A DNA stretch of 64,000 nucleotides from NCBI GenBank assembly GCA_965200965.1, contig OZ241744.1, positions 800,001-864,000 of the forward strand, in the 5' to 3' direction. Under the pieces are notes generated by a model that saw only the letters and a list, made by a program, of their open reading frames with translations, was not told where the DNA came from and ran no database searches. Shown piece by piece: positions 31,602 to 41,129 of this stretch (position 1 is its first letter; every line of letters begins with the position of its first letter). Position numbers and translations under genes: made by a program. The DNA is from an uncultured Candidatus Binatia bacterium (GTDB lineage Bacteria; Desulfobacterota; Binatia; Bin18).

Positions 31602-32533
31602 GCCCGGAGCCTGTGGCAGCAGGCGAAGAACACGGGGCGACATCACCTGCTCGGCTCATTGTCAATCCCAGCTCTGGCCGGGGGCGGGGGGCGGCGGTGG
31701 CAGGGCAGGCCAGCCGCTTGCTGACTGACCACGGTGTGGCCCACGATCTGTGTTACAGCGCTTCGCCCGGCGACCCGGTCCGGTTGGCCCATGAGGCGGT
31801 CGCCGATGGAACAGCCGCGGTTGTCGGTATTGGCGGTGACGGGCTAGTGAGTCAGGTCGCCGGCGAGTTGGTTGGGACCGATACGCCACTGGGCGTCATC
31901 CCGGCCGGTCGGGGCAACGATTTTGCCCGGGGAGTGGGCATCCCACTCGATACTGGCGCGGCCTGTGCCACTATTGCCGCTGGCCGGTCGCGGCGGTGTG
32001 ATGTCGGACAGGCCAACGGGCGCTACTTCTTCTCGGTGGCGGTCATGGGTTTGGCCGCCGAGATCAACCGCCGAGCCAACGCTCTGACCAGGCTGCGGGT
32101 GAATGCGGTGTATTCTCTGCTCACCGTTGCCACGATTTTTCGCACCCATCCCCGTCTCTTTACCCTGGAGTACGAAGGCCGCCGCCGCCGCTGCTACAGT
32201 TGGCTGATCGCGGTCGGCAATACCTTGAGCAGCGGCCGGGGCATGGCCCTCGTGCCAACCGCCCGGCCGGACGACGGACAGTTGGACGTGTGTGTGGTCG
32301 GCGGCATGGGCCGGGTTGAGTTGGTGCTGTCCGTGTTTCCCCGTGTGTTCAGCGGTCGGCATATGTACCACACCGGGGTAGAGACCCTGCGCGGGAGTGC
32401 CATAACGATTCACGCCGACCAGCCCGACGACATCTACGCCGACGGAGAACGGATAGGTCCCCTGCCGGTAAGGCTGACGGCCATTCCTCGGGCGCTGCGT
32501 GTGTTGGTGCCGCCCGCCCCTCAGCGCGGATGA
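31598..32533 (+). CDS. Diacylglycerol/sphingosine kinase-family lipid kinase (YegS/BmrU-like)
   Basis: IVNPSSG, GGDG, IPAGRGNDFA, DDGQLD, ADGE; ATGA overlap with upstream gene. Confidence 0.92.
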   Translation: MSPEPVAAGEEHGATSPARLIVNPSSGRGRGAAVAGQASRLLTDHGVAHDLCYSASPGDPVRLAHEAVADGTAAVVGIGGDGLVSQVAGELVGTDTPLGVIPAGRGNDFARGVGIPLDTGAACATIAAGRSRRCDVGQANGRYFFSVAVMGLAAEINRRANALTRLRVNAVYSLLTVATIFRTHPRLFTLEYEGRRRRCYSWLIAVGNTLSSGRGMALVPTARPDDGQLDVCVVGGMGRVELVLSVFPRVFSGRHMYHTGVETLRGSAITIHADQPDDIYADGERIGPLPVRLTAIPRALRVLVPPAPQRG

Positions 32534-32626
32534 TGATGTCTGCTTGCTCAGGAGCGCATTATGGTCCCCCTCGGTCCCCCTTGCAGTCCGGCGGCGATGT
32601 GGTACACGGAGGCGAAGAGGTGAAAC

Positions 32627-32725
32627 ATGTTCTGTCAGGAAGAACAAATCACAGCGCGGGGAACAGCCGTTCAACTGCTCAAAGGCGGCCGTAGAGACCC
32701 CCTCCTGTATCTACACACTGCTCTT
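32627..32725 (+). pseudogene. 5' remnant of an alpha/beta hydrolase gene
   Basis: SD GAGGTG and MFCQEEQITARGTAVQLLKGGRRDPLLYLHTA, after which similarity is lost. Confidence 0.45.
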
Positions 32726-33046
32726 TGCCGCCCCGACTCCAGCTTGGCCAAGACCTTTATTCCAGACAATCCCAGCCCCGCGGCCCCGTCACATGCCCTG
32801 AAAGGAAAGCCCGGGCCGCCAGGGCCCGGGTCGGCTGGAATTCCTCTCTGTGCAATCCAAAGCTCCGGGAACGTCATATCGGCTCAGCCCCGCGGCGCAC
32901 GGCAAAGCCTATCAGGCCGGTATTGCCGGCTCGCAGCTCGTGTCTCTTCCGGGCTATGGTCATGTCCCGCCGTTTGAGAAGCCGCAGGAGACCGCCGCGG
33001 CTGCGCTAGTGCGGTTTTTTGCGCAATGAAGCAGGGAGGGCCATCT

Positions 33047-33688
33047 ATGGACTACCCCGAACCGTTCACGGCCGAGATGTTTGACCGGGTTGACGCGACC
33101 GAAGATGAGCGCTTCTACGAGCTTGCCCGCAAGCTCGTCCATATTGACGAGCCGGCGATTGCCGCGGTGGGAGATTTTATCCAAACGGCCTTTGTGCCAA
33201 ACGGGGTGTTGCTTGACCTGATGAGCAGTTGGCGCTCTCATCTGCCCCGGGGCTTTGTCAAACATCGCCTGATAGGCCTGGGCCTGAATATGGAGGAGAT
33301 GGCCGATAACCCGGACCTGGACGCCTATGTAGTCCACAATCTGAATACCAATCCCGCCCTCCCGTTTGACGACGGAATGTTTCATGGCGTGCTGGTCACG
33401 GTGTCCATCCAATACCTGATTCAACCGCTCGAAGTGTTTGCCGAGGTCTGCCGGGTGCTGAGGCCGGGCGGGCTGTTTGCCGTCTTCTTTTCGAACCGCA
33501 TGTTTCCGACCAAGGCGATCCGGGTCTGGCAGACGCTCCGCGATACCGGGAGGCGCGATCTGGTCGAGAAATATTTTCAGCTGACCGACGGCTTTGAGGC
33601 ACCGCTGTTTTACGATCTGAGTCCCAACCCCGGCCACTCTGACCCGCTGTATGTGGTGTGCGCCCGCAAGAAGCCGGCCGCGGGGTGA
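33047..33688 (+). CDS. Class I SAM-dependent methyltransferase-like protein
   Basis: D..FY...KLVHID, LDLMSSWRSHLP, GLGLN.EEM..N, VSIQYL..P, FSNRMFPTKA. Confidence 0.85.
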   Translation: MDYPEPFTAEMFDRVDATEDERFYELARKLVHIDEPAIAAVGDFIQTAFVPNGVLLDLMSSWRSHLPRGFVKHRLIGLGLNMEEMADNPDLDAYVVHNLNTNPALPFDDGMFHGVLVTVSIQYLIQPLEVFAEVCRVLRPGGLFAVFFSNRMFPTKAIRVWQTLRDTGRRDLVEKYFQLTDGFEAPLFYDLSPNPGHSDPLYVVCARKKPAAG

Positions 33689-34353
33689 GGCACGCGCCCT
33701 GTCAAGCCGTGGGCCGGCCTGAGCGCCCTGCGCGGCCCAACCTCAGCCAGGAACGCAGGCTGTGGCAACACGGTCTGGGCGCAGTTGCCGGAGTTGACGA
33801 GGTCGGTATCGGGCCTTTGGCTGGCCCTGTGGTCGCCGCGGCAGTGATGTTTCCGGCCCAGCAGCTTGCCTCAGACCACGACATCCCGGCCGCTTGGCCC
33901 CAAGGCGTGCGAGACTCAAAGACCCTCACCCATACAGCCCGGCAGCGCCTCGATCTTGCCATTCGCCAGCTCGCCCAGGCTATCGGGATCGGGCTAGTTG
34001 AGGTTGAAGAGATTGACCGGATCAATATCTATCAGGCCGGACTCAAGGCCATGCGTTTGGCGGTGGAGCGGCTGAGCGTTCCACCTCAGCAGGTGTTGGT
34101 TGACGGTCGCCATATCCCTGAGTTGGCCTGTCTCCAGACCGCTTTTCCCAAAGGCGACCGTAACATTTTCAGCATTGCCGCGGCCTCGATTATCGCCAAA
34201 GTCTACCGCGACCGTCTGATGATCGCGCTCGATCGCCGCTATCCGCACTACGGCTTTGCCGGCCACAAGGGCTATGGCACGGCGTCCCACCGGGCGGCTC
34301 TGCGGGAGTTTGGCCCGTGTCCGGCCCATCGCCGCTCATTTCGCCTAGGGTAA
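33685..34353 (+). CDS. rnhB: Ribonuclease HII
   Basis: GVDEVGIGPLAGPV, DSK, KGD, SIAAASIIAKV.RD, KGYGT, HRRSF; start approximate. Confidence 0.95.
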   Translation: MRHAPCQAVGRPERPARPNLSQERRLWQHGLGAVAGVDEVGIGPLAGPVVAAAVMFPAQQLASDHDIPAAWPQGVRDSKTLTHTARQRLDLAIRQLAQAIGIGLVEVEEIDRINIYQAGLKAMRLAVERLSVPPQQVLVDGRHIPELACLQTAFPKGDRNIFSIAAASIIAKVYRDRLMIALDRRYPHYGFAGHKGYGTASHRAALREFGPCPAHRRSFRLG

Positions 34354-34475
34354 GCAACCCTTCCCCCAGTGTCTGAAGAGCGATATACTAGGCCCAGTTG
34401 ATATCGAGTCGGAAATGACGAACCCTGATGACAGATCGAAAGGTGGGGAACAGGGTTCGTCATGAGGAGGAGCGC

Positions 34476-35756
34476 ATGGCCATTGATGTGTGTATGCCCC
34501 GTCTCAGTGACACTATGGAAGAGGGCAAGGTTCTCAAGTGGCTCAAGCAGGTTGGGGACCAGGTTGAGATCGGTGACATCATCACCGAGGTTGAAACCGA
34601 CAAGGCCGATATGGAAATGGAGGCCCTTGACGAGGGAATGCTGATCGAAATCCTCGTCCCGGAGGGCGGCACGGTCGTGGTCGGCGGCGTGATGGCCCGC
34701 TTAGGCACGGCCGATGAAATCGTCTCCGCCGGCAGCCCCGCGCGTGAGCCGGCCACGGGCGACGGGGCGGCCGAAACACCGCTGCCTGAGCCGGCTGTCA
34801 GCCCTCCAGCCCCGACTCCAGTGCCCAAGGTTCGTGAGCTGCGCGATATCCGCACCCAGCGCGAAGATCCCGGGCGGCCCCTTGCCTCGCCGCTCGTCAG
34901 GCGTATGGCCGAAGAGTTGAGCCTTGACCTCAGCCAAGTGCCGGGCAGCGGGCTAGGCGGCCGGATTGTCAAACGCGACCTTGATGCCTACACCGCGGCC
35001 CAGGCACCGCTCAGCGTCGCCCCCGAGACACGCACTGAGCCTGGACCCGAGGCCAACCCTTCCGGCCCAATCCCGGGCGGCCGAGAGCCGTTTTCGCGTA
35101 TGCGGGCGACCATCGCCAAACGGATGGCGGAGAGTATGCGGGAAGTGCCCCATTTTTATCTCACCGCCGAGATCAATATGTCCGAGGCGGTCCGCTTGCG
35201 AACCGCGCTCAAGGCCAGCAACCGGGTGAGCGAGGATGTAACCTATACCCATCTGCTGATGAAGGCGGTTGCCGTTGCCTTGAGCCGGCATCCGCGCCTC
35301 AATGCCAGGTTTGGCGGCGACGGCCGGGAGTATCAGGAGCAGGTCAATATCGGTTTGGCGGTCTCGCTCGACGACGGCTTGATTGTGCCGGTCTTGCACC
35401 ACTGCGATAGCCTCTCTCTGCTCGATATTGCCGGCCAAGCCGCTGCGCTTGTAGAGCGTGCCCGAACCGGCAAGCCCCGGCCCGAAGACCTGAGCGGGGG
35501 GACTTTTACCATCTCCAATCTGGGGATGCTGCCGATTGATCATTTTACGGCTATTATCAACCAGCCCCAGGGGGCCATTCTGGCCCTTGGGACGATCAAG
35601 GAGCGGCCGGTGGTTCGAGACGGCCAAGTCACGATTGCGTCAACCATGCTGCTGACCCTGTCGTGCGACCACCGGATTATTGACGGCATGACCGGCGGGC
35701 AGTTTTTGCAGGAGCTGAAAAGCCTGTTGGAAAATCCGGTGGGCCTGATGGTGTAG
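34476..35756 (+). CDS. Dihydrolipoamide acyltransferase (E2) of a 2-oxoacid dehydrogenase, probably pyruvate dehydrogenase
   Basis: Lipoyl domain ETDKA, E3-binding ASPLVRR..GSG.GGRI, catalytic TFTISNLG and DHRIIDG. Confidence 0.93.
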   Translation: MAIDVCMPRLSDTMEEGKVLKWLKQVGDQVEIGDIITEVETDKADMEMEALDEGMLIEILVPEGGTVVVGGVMARLGTADEIVSAGSPAREPATGDGAAETPLPEPAVSPPAPTPVPKVRELRDIRTQREDPGRPLASPLVRRMAEELSLDLSQVPGSGLGGRIVKRDLDAYTAAQAPLSVAPETRTEPGPEANPSGPIPGGREPFSRMRATIAKRMAESMREVPHFYLTAEINMSEAVRLRTALKASNRVSEDVTYTHLLMKAVAVALSRHPRLNARFGGDGREYQEQVNIGLAVSLDDGLIVPVLHHCDSLSLLDIAGQAAALVERARTGKPRPEDLSGGTFTISNLGMLPIDHFTAIINQPQGAILALGTIKERPVVRDGQVTIASTMLLTLSCDHRIIDGMTGGQFLQELKSLLENPVGLMV

Positions 35757-35771
35757 CGAAAGAGAGACCTC

Positions 35772-37172
35772 GTGGAACATTATGATCTTGTTGTCATCGG
35801 AGCCGGTCCGGGCGGCTATGTGGCGGCCATTCGGGCCGCCCAACTCGGGCTTACGGTCGCGGTGGTGGAAAAAGAACAGGCCGGTGGGGTGTGTTTGAAC
35901 TGGGGCTGTATCCCGTCCAAGGCGATCTTGACTTCGGCCGAGATGTATGAGGAGTTGAAGGAGAGCGAGCACTTTGGCATCAAAGTCCAGGGCTTGTCGT
36001 GTGACTACGGCCAAGTCATCAAACGCTCACGGGCCATTGCCAGTCGCCTGGCCAAAGGGGTCGAGTTTTTACTGAAAAAGAATAAGATTTCGCTGCTGAA
36101 AGGCACCGGGCGTCTTGACGGCCCGCACCGGGTCCTGGTTCGCGCCACGGATCAGACGGAACAGCAGCTCGAGGCCGACCGCATTCTGATTGCGACCGGC
36201 TCACAGGAGCGCAGCCTGTCCGGCCTGGAGATCGACGCCAGGCAGATCGTCACCAGCTATGAGGCCCTGACCGACGGCGAGATTCCGGACTCCATGCTGA
36301 TTGTCGGGGGTGGGGCGATTGGCTGCGAGTTTGCCTATATCTACAGTGTCTTTGGCAGCCGGGTGACGGTTGTGGAGATGGAGTCACAGCTATTGCCCGG
36401 AGTGGATGCCGAAATCGCCCAGGAATTAGAGAAAAGCTTTAAGAAAAAGGGTATTGAGGTACTCACCAGCACCACATTTGACAGCCTTGAAAAATTTCCG
36501 GCGCGTCTCGATATCCGGCTTGACCATCAGGGCGAGCGCAAAGAACGCACCGCCAACAAGGTGTTGGTCGCGGTCGGACGCGTGCCACTGAGCACCGACC
36601 TTGGCCTCGAAGCCCTGGGCGTAGAGTTCGAGCGGGGCTATATCAAGGTGAACGAACAGTTCCAAACGGGCTGTGAGTCGGTCTATGCCATAGGGGATGT
36701 CATCGGCCAGCCTCTGCTGGCCCACGCCGCCTCAGAGGAAGGAGTGGCCGCGGTTGAGTGCCTGTTTGGCGAGCGAGACAAGGGCGTAGACCATTCTCGG
36801 ATTCCGGCCTGCATCTACTGTCAGCCCCAGATCGCGGTGATTGGGTTGAGCGAACAGGAGGCCATTGATAGGGGCTACGAAGTCACGGTCGGCAAATTTC
36901 CCTTTCTGGCCTCCGGCAAAGCCTTGGCGGCCGGGCATGACGAGGGCTTGGTGAAACTCGTAGTTGATGTGCAGTACGGCGAGATTCTGGGCTGCCATAT
37001 GATCGGACGGGGGGCCACCGAGTTGATTGCCGAGGTGGGCTTGGCCCGCACCCTTGAGGCGACGACCGCAGAGCTGACCGGCACGGTCCACCCCCATCCG
37101 ACCCTGTCCGAAGCGATTATGGAAGCCGCGTTGAGCGCCGAGGGGCGGTCGATCAATTTTTGGGAGCACTGA
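35772..37172 (+). CDS. lpdA: Dihydrolipoamide dehydrogenase (E3)
   Basis: GAGPGGY, GGVCLNWGCIPSK, GGGAIG, HPHPTLSE. Confidence 0.97.
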   Translation: MEHYDLVVIGAGPGGYVAAIRAAQLGLTVAVVEKEQAGGVCLNWGCIPSKAILTSAEMYEELKESEHFGIKVQGLSCDYGQVIKRSRAIASRLAKGVEFLLKKNKISLLKGTGRLDGPHRVLVRATDQTEQQLEADRILIATGSQERSLSGLEIDARQIVTSYEALTDGEIPDSMLIVGGGAIGCEFAYIYSVFGSRVTVVEMESQLLPGVDAEIAQELEKSFKKKGIEVLTSTTFDSLEKFPARLDIRLDHQGERKERTANKVLVAVGRVPLSTDLGLEALGVEFERGYIKVNEQFQTGCESVYAIGDVIGQPLLAHAASEEGVAAVECLFGERDKGVDHSRIPACIYCQPQIAVIGLSEQEAIDRGYEVTVGKFPFLASGKALAAGHDEGLVKLVVDVQYGEILGCHMIGRGATELIAEVGLARTLEATTAELTGTVHPHPTLSEAIMEAALSAEGRSINFWEH

Positions 37173-38021
37173 GTGCAGCTGCGGTGTCTCGATCTGGGGC
37201 TGGTCGAATACCGGCGTGCGCTGGCGCTGCAAGAGGCATGTGTTGCGCAGCGCCGCGGGGGAGTCGGTCAGGACAGGCTTCTGCTGCTCGAACACCCGCC
37301 CGTCTTTACCCTGGGACGCGGAGCGGACGAGGGCTTTGTGCTCAATGCCGGCCGCGTTCCAGTCCATCGGGTCAGCCGGGGAGGGCAGGTGACGTTTCAC
37401 GGGCCGGGCCAACTCATCGGCTACCCCATCCTGGTCCTGCCTCGCCACCGGCGAGATGTCCACGTCTATATCCGCGGCCTGGAAAACGTGCTGATCGAGA
37501 CCCTGGCGAGTTACGGCCTCGAAGCCCGGCAGCGCGAAGGCTTGACCGGCGTGTGGTGTGGCACTGACAAGATCGCCTCCATTGGCATTGGCATCCGCCG
37601 CTGGGTCACCTTTCACGGCTTTGCCCTCAACGTCGATCCCGATCTGTCGTATTTTGACGCCGTTATTCCGTGCGGCCTAGCCGGGGTGCGGATGACCTCA
37701 ATGGCGCGTATGCTAGGCCATCCGGTTGTCCTCCAGGCAGTCAAGCTCCGGCTGGCAGAAATCTTTGCCGCTACTTTTGGCTATCAAGGTGGTGCGCTCT
37801 TGGAGGAAACGCTATGGAACACGCACGGCCTGACAGGCCCGACCAGCCCCGGCCCAGAAAACGCCGCCCCGACTGGCTCAAAGTCCGCATGCCCGGTGGA
37901 CCGGGCTACACCAGGACCAAAGGGATTGTCTCAGCCTTCAAGCTCAACACCGTATGCGAGGAAGCCCACTGCCCGAACATCGGCGAGTGCTGGGGCCACG
38001 GCACGGCCACCTTCATGCTGA
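37173..38021 (+). CDS. lipB: Octanoyltransferase LipB (homology ends ~37790, frame runs on over lipA)
   Basis: LEHPPVFTLG, RGGQVTFHGPGQL, KIASIG, HGFALNV, IPCG. Confidence 0.93.
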   Translation: MQLRCLDLGLVEYRRALALQEACVAQRRGGVGQDRLLLLEHPPVFTLGRGADEGFVLNAGRVPVHRVSRGGQVTFHGPGQLIGYPILVLPRHRRDVHVYIRGLENVLIETLASYGLEARQREGLTGVWCGTDKIASIGIGIRRWVTFHGFALNVDPDLSYFDAVIPCGLAGVRMTSMARMLGHPVVLQAVKLRLAEIFAATFGYQGGALLEETLWNTHGLTGPTSPGPENAAPTGSKSACPVDRATPGPKGLSQPSSSTPYARKPTARTSASAGATARPPSC

Positions 38022-38701
38022 TGGGCGAGGGGTGCAGCCGTAACTGTCGCTTCTGCGCGGTCAAGCACGGGCACTTGGCCGGCCTTGACCCGGACGAGCC
38101 GCGGCGCGTGGCCAAGGCCGCCCTCACAATGGGTCTCACCCATCTTGTCGTCACCTCGGTGAACCGCGATGACCTGCCCGACGGCGGAGCCGAACACTTT
38201 GCAGAGACGGTCCGCCGTGTGAAGCGGGCTAAGCCGGACTGCACGATCGAAGTCCTGACCCCCGACTTCCAGGGCAATCAAGCCGCGGTCACCACTGTCG
38301 CCCGGTCTCCCTTGGATATTTACAATCACAATACCGAAACCGTCCCCCGGCTGTACAGGAAAGTCCGGCCCGGGGCCAAGTACGAACGCTCGCTGCGCGT
38401 CTTGGAGATTGTCAAGGCAGGCCGCCCGGCACGGCACACCAAGACCGGCCTGATGCTCGGCCTTGGCGAGACCTACGAAGAACTCCTGGCCGTGTTTGGC
38501 GATCTGCGCGCGGTCGGCTGTGACATCCTGACCCTTGGCCAGTACCTGCGGCCGTCTACAGATCAACTCCCGGTTGAACGCTATGTCCATCCCGACGAGT
38601 TTACGGCCCTCGGCCAACAAGCCCGGGGGCTGGGCTTTCGCCACGTTGAGGCCGGCCCCCTGGTGCGCAGCTCCTACCACGCCTGGAGGCATGTCGCCTG
38701 A
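37814..38701 (+). CDS. lipA: Lipoyl synthase
   Basis: CEEAHCPNIGEC, CSRNCRFC, VRSSYHA; SD GGAGGA. Confidence 0.97.
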   Translation: MEHARPDRPDQPRPRKRRPDWLKVRMPGGPGYTRTKGIVSAFKLNTVCEEAHCPNIGECWGHGTATFMLMGEGCSRNCRFCAVKHGHLAGLDPDEPRRVAKAALTMGLTHLVVTSVNRDDLPDGGAEHFAETVRRVKRAKPDCTIEVLTPDFQGNQAAVTTVARSPLDIYNHNTETVPRLYRKVRPGAKYERSLRVLEIVKAGRPARHTKTGLMLGLGETYEELLAVFGDLRAVGCDILTLGQYLRPSTDQLPVERYVHPDEFTALGQQARGLGFRHVEAGPLVRSSYHAWRHVA

Positions 38702-39000
38702 TCTGGCCCGCTTGGCCTTCCGCCGGCGCTTATGACGCATTCGGTCTTCCAGGCATAGGGCTGGCCGATTGCTACTTGACCAGATGGGCGGCGGCCTGCC
38801 GGAGACGGTCAAGACCGAAGAGGGGCCGATGGGCGTTTGTCATCAACCGCACATCTGGGAAACGTCAGGGCGTCGGCTGGCGGGCACAGGTCGGTATCAA
38901 AATTTTCCAGGCGCAACACCTCGGGGTCTTTGGGGCTGTCGGTCAGGTCGTCCATCTGTTCAACAGGCGTGGCGTCCTCACTGTGAGCCGGGACACTGGG

Positions 39001-40134
39001 CTACATGCCGTAGACCCCGGCGGCACTGTCGCCGAGCAGGTTCCGGCGGGCGGTCTCGGACAGGGGCGCGACGAGCTCCTGCAACTCTTCCATATAGTTG
39101 CGGGGGTGGTCAAAGTGGGGATAGTCGGTAGCCCAGAAAAACCGATCGTCGCCCACATAGTCAATGATGTGGGCCAGTGCCCGTTCGTCGGGGTCGCCCG
39201 AGATCCAGCACTGGCGCTTGAAATAGAAGCTGGGTTTTTCTTTGAGCGGGACATTGTCGCCTAGACTGGTCTCATAGGTCGTGTCCATGCGGTCCAGTGC
39301 CGCCCCGATCCAGCCGGCCCCGGACTCCAGCACAACCGCCTTGATCTTGGGGAAGCGGTCAAACAAGCCCCACTGGAACAGGCCGTAGAAGGCCTGCTGG
39401 GGACCCTGCATCCCAAGCGCGTTCTGCATCCAGCGCGCTTTGCCCATGCCGTCAAAGCGCTGGTAGGTCCGAATCTTGGGATGTTCGGCCATTGGATGGA
39501 TGGCGACCGGCACGTTGAGGTCTTGGGCGGCGGCCCAGAACGCGTCGTGGTCGGGGTGGGCGTGGGGGATGCGGGTCAGGGTGTAGGGGGCCAGAAAAGC
39601 GCCTCTGGCCCCGGCACGCACGACGCGTTCCAGTTCGGCCGCGGCTTTGACCGGGTCGGCCAGCGAGATGTGGGCAATGGCGATCAGGCGACCGTCGGAG
39701 TCGGCGCAGAAGTCGCACAGCCAGCGGTTATAGGCCTGGGCGTAGGCCAGGGACAGCCCGGCGTCTTGCACTTCGCACTCCCAGGTCAGGCCCAGACTCG
39801 GATACAGGATGGCTTTGGCTATGCCCTCCTGGTCCAGCAGGGCGACCCGCTCCTTGGGGTCCATAGAGCCGAAGGGCGCAGTGCCCGGGTAGGACTGCTC
39901 CATCATGTCAGCCATTTCCTGGCTGTTTTTGCCCATCGCGCCGAGTCCGGCCAGGGTCCGAATATCGAAGAACCGCGACGGCTTGCCGTCCAACTCCAGC
40001 ACCTCCCGGCCGTTGTGCTGACGGACGCGCAGCGCCCGGTCACGGTAGGCCGGCTCAATGTATTTCTCCCAGGTATCAACGGGTTCAAGAATATGTCCGT
40101 CGGCGTCAATGATATTGTGGTAGGTCAGTGCCAT
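39001..40134 (-). CDS. Amidohydrolase-2 family metalloenzyme
   Basis: IDADGHILEP, YNRW..DFC, LESGAGW, ATDYPHFD. Confidence 0.9.
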   Translation of the reverse strand: MALTYHNIIDADGHILEPVDTWEKYIEPAYRDRALRVRQHNGREVLELDGKPSRFFDIRTLAGLGAMGKNSQEMADMMEQSYPGTAPFGSMDPKERVALLDQEGIAKAILYPSLGLTWECEVQDAGLSLAYAQAYNRWLCDFCADSDGRLIAIAHISLADPVKAAAELERVVRAGARGAFLAPYTLTRIPHAHPDHDAFWAAAQDLNVPVAIHPMAEHPKIRTYQRFDGMGKARWMQNALGMQGPQQAFYGLFQWGLFDRFPKIKAVVLESGAGWIGAALDRMDTTYETSLGDNVPLKEKPSFYFKRQCWISGDPDERALAHIIDYVGDDRFFWATDYPHFDHPRNYMEELQELVAPLSETARRNLLGDSAAGVYGM

Positions 40135-40209
40135 TGCCTTCTCGTCCTTTCTGTCTGAGCAGTGGGTACTGCACAATTCTAGCCGATTCTTGGACCGCTG
40201 GCCACCGGT

Positions 40210-40890
40210 TTACACGCCGCGTGTGTTTCCCCACAGGGCGACATGCAGGCGATAGCCGAGCCGGTAGCCATGCCGCAGACAGGCTTTGACCAAGTGGTGG
40301 GCCTGCTCGTTTAGCCGCTCGGCTTGGGCCGCTTCGGGCATCAGCATGACACGCTCGGCTGGCAGACCGAAGCGTGCCGCCAAGTCTGCAACCTCGGCAA
40401 TGTCCGCGCCCGTGGCAATCACAAATTTGAAGGTGGCGTTAGGCAGGGCCACAAAGGCCCGCAAAGCGCCCGGGTGCAGCCGTTTGTCGGTCGGGTTGCC
40501 CGAGTTCGCCAGCTTTGGCGAGACATTCCAGCGGGTGACGGCCGCGATCAGCCGCGTGGTGGGCACGAGGCTGCCGGCGGTCTCAACTTCGCTGCTCCAG
40601 TCCCGGCCGAGCAGCCCCAGCAACTTGGCTAGCGCCGGCTGTTGTAACAGCGGCTCGCCGCCGGTCACGACTAGGTTTCTGGGCCGCAGCCGCTGAAGCG
40701 CGCTGACCACTTGGTCCAAGCTGAATGCGTGGACTTCCGTGCGAATGTCGTAGGTCTTCCAGTCCCAGGTGTACCTGGTATCGCACCAGCCACAGCGCAG
40801 GTTGCAGTGGGCCAGCCGTAAAAACACGGACGGCACTCCCAGGGAAACGCCCTCGCCCTGGAGGCTTTCAAATATCTCGGACACCAGCAT
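40210..40890 (-). CDS. queE: 7-carboxy-7-deazaguanine synthase QueE-like radical SAM enzyme
   Basis: EIFESLQGEG, F.RL..CNLRCGWCDT, TGGEP, VSPK, RLHV.LWG. Confidence 0.85.
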   Translation of the reverse strand: MLVSEIFESLQGEGVSLGVPSVFLRLAHCNLRCGWCDTRYTWDWKTYDIRTEVHAFSLDQVVSALQRLRPRNLVVTGGEPLLQQPALAKLLGLLGRDWSSEVETAGSLVPTTRLIAAVTRWNVSPKLANSGNPTDKRLHPGALRAFVALPNATFKFVIATGADIAEVADLAARFGLPAERVMLMPEAAQAERLNEQAHHLVKACLRHGYRLGYRLHVALWGNTRGV

Positions 40891-41129
40891 GGGGTCACGG
40901 CTATTCCAGATCATGCCTGATCCGTGTCATCATGAACTCAGGCGTGTCGTATGACGCGCTCCCACTGTTGTCAATGTGGACCGGCCGCTCAGGTTTTCTT
41001 TTTTTCCCGTGTGGTGTAGAAATTGGGGCCCAGGAAGTCGAGTGCCGCGCACTCTGGCGCGCGGAAGAAGGGAAACCTCAATGGCACAATCAGCATCGTC
41101 CCCAGGGGCTACACCGGCAAAACGGTGTC

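Noticed and set aside
38702-39000. Possible gene remnant between lipA and the amidohydrolase
   Set aside because: Short ORFs overlap neighbours and show no recognisable motif.
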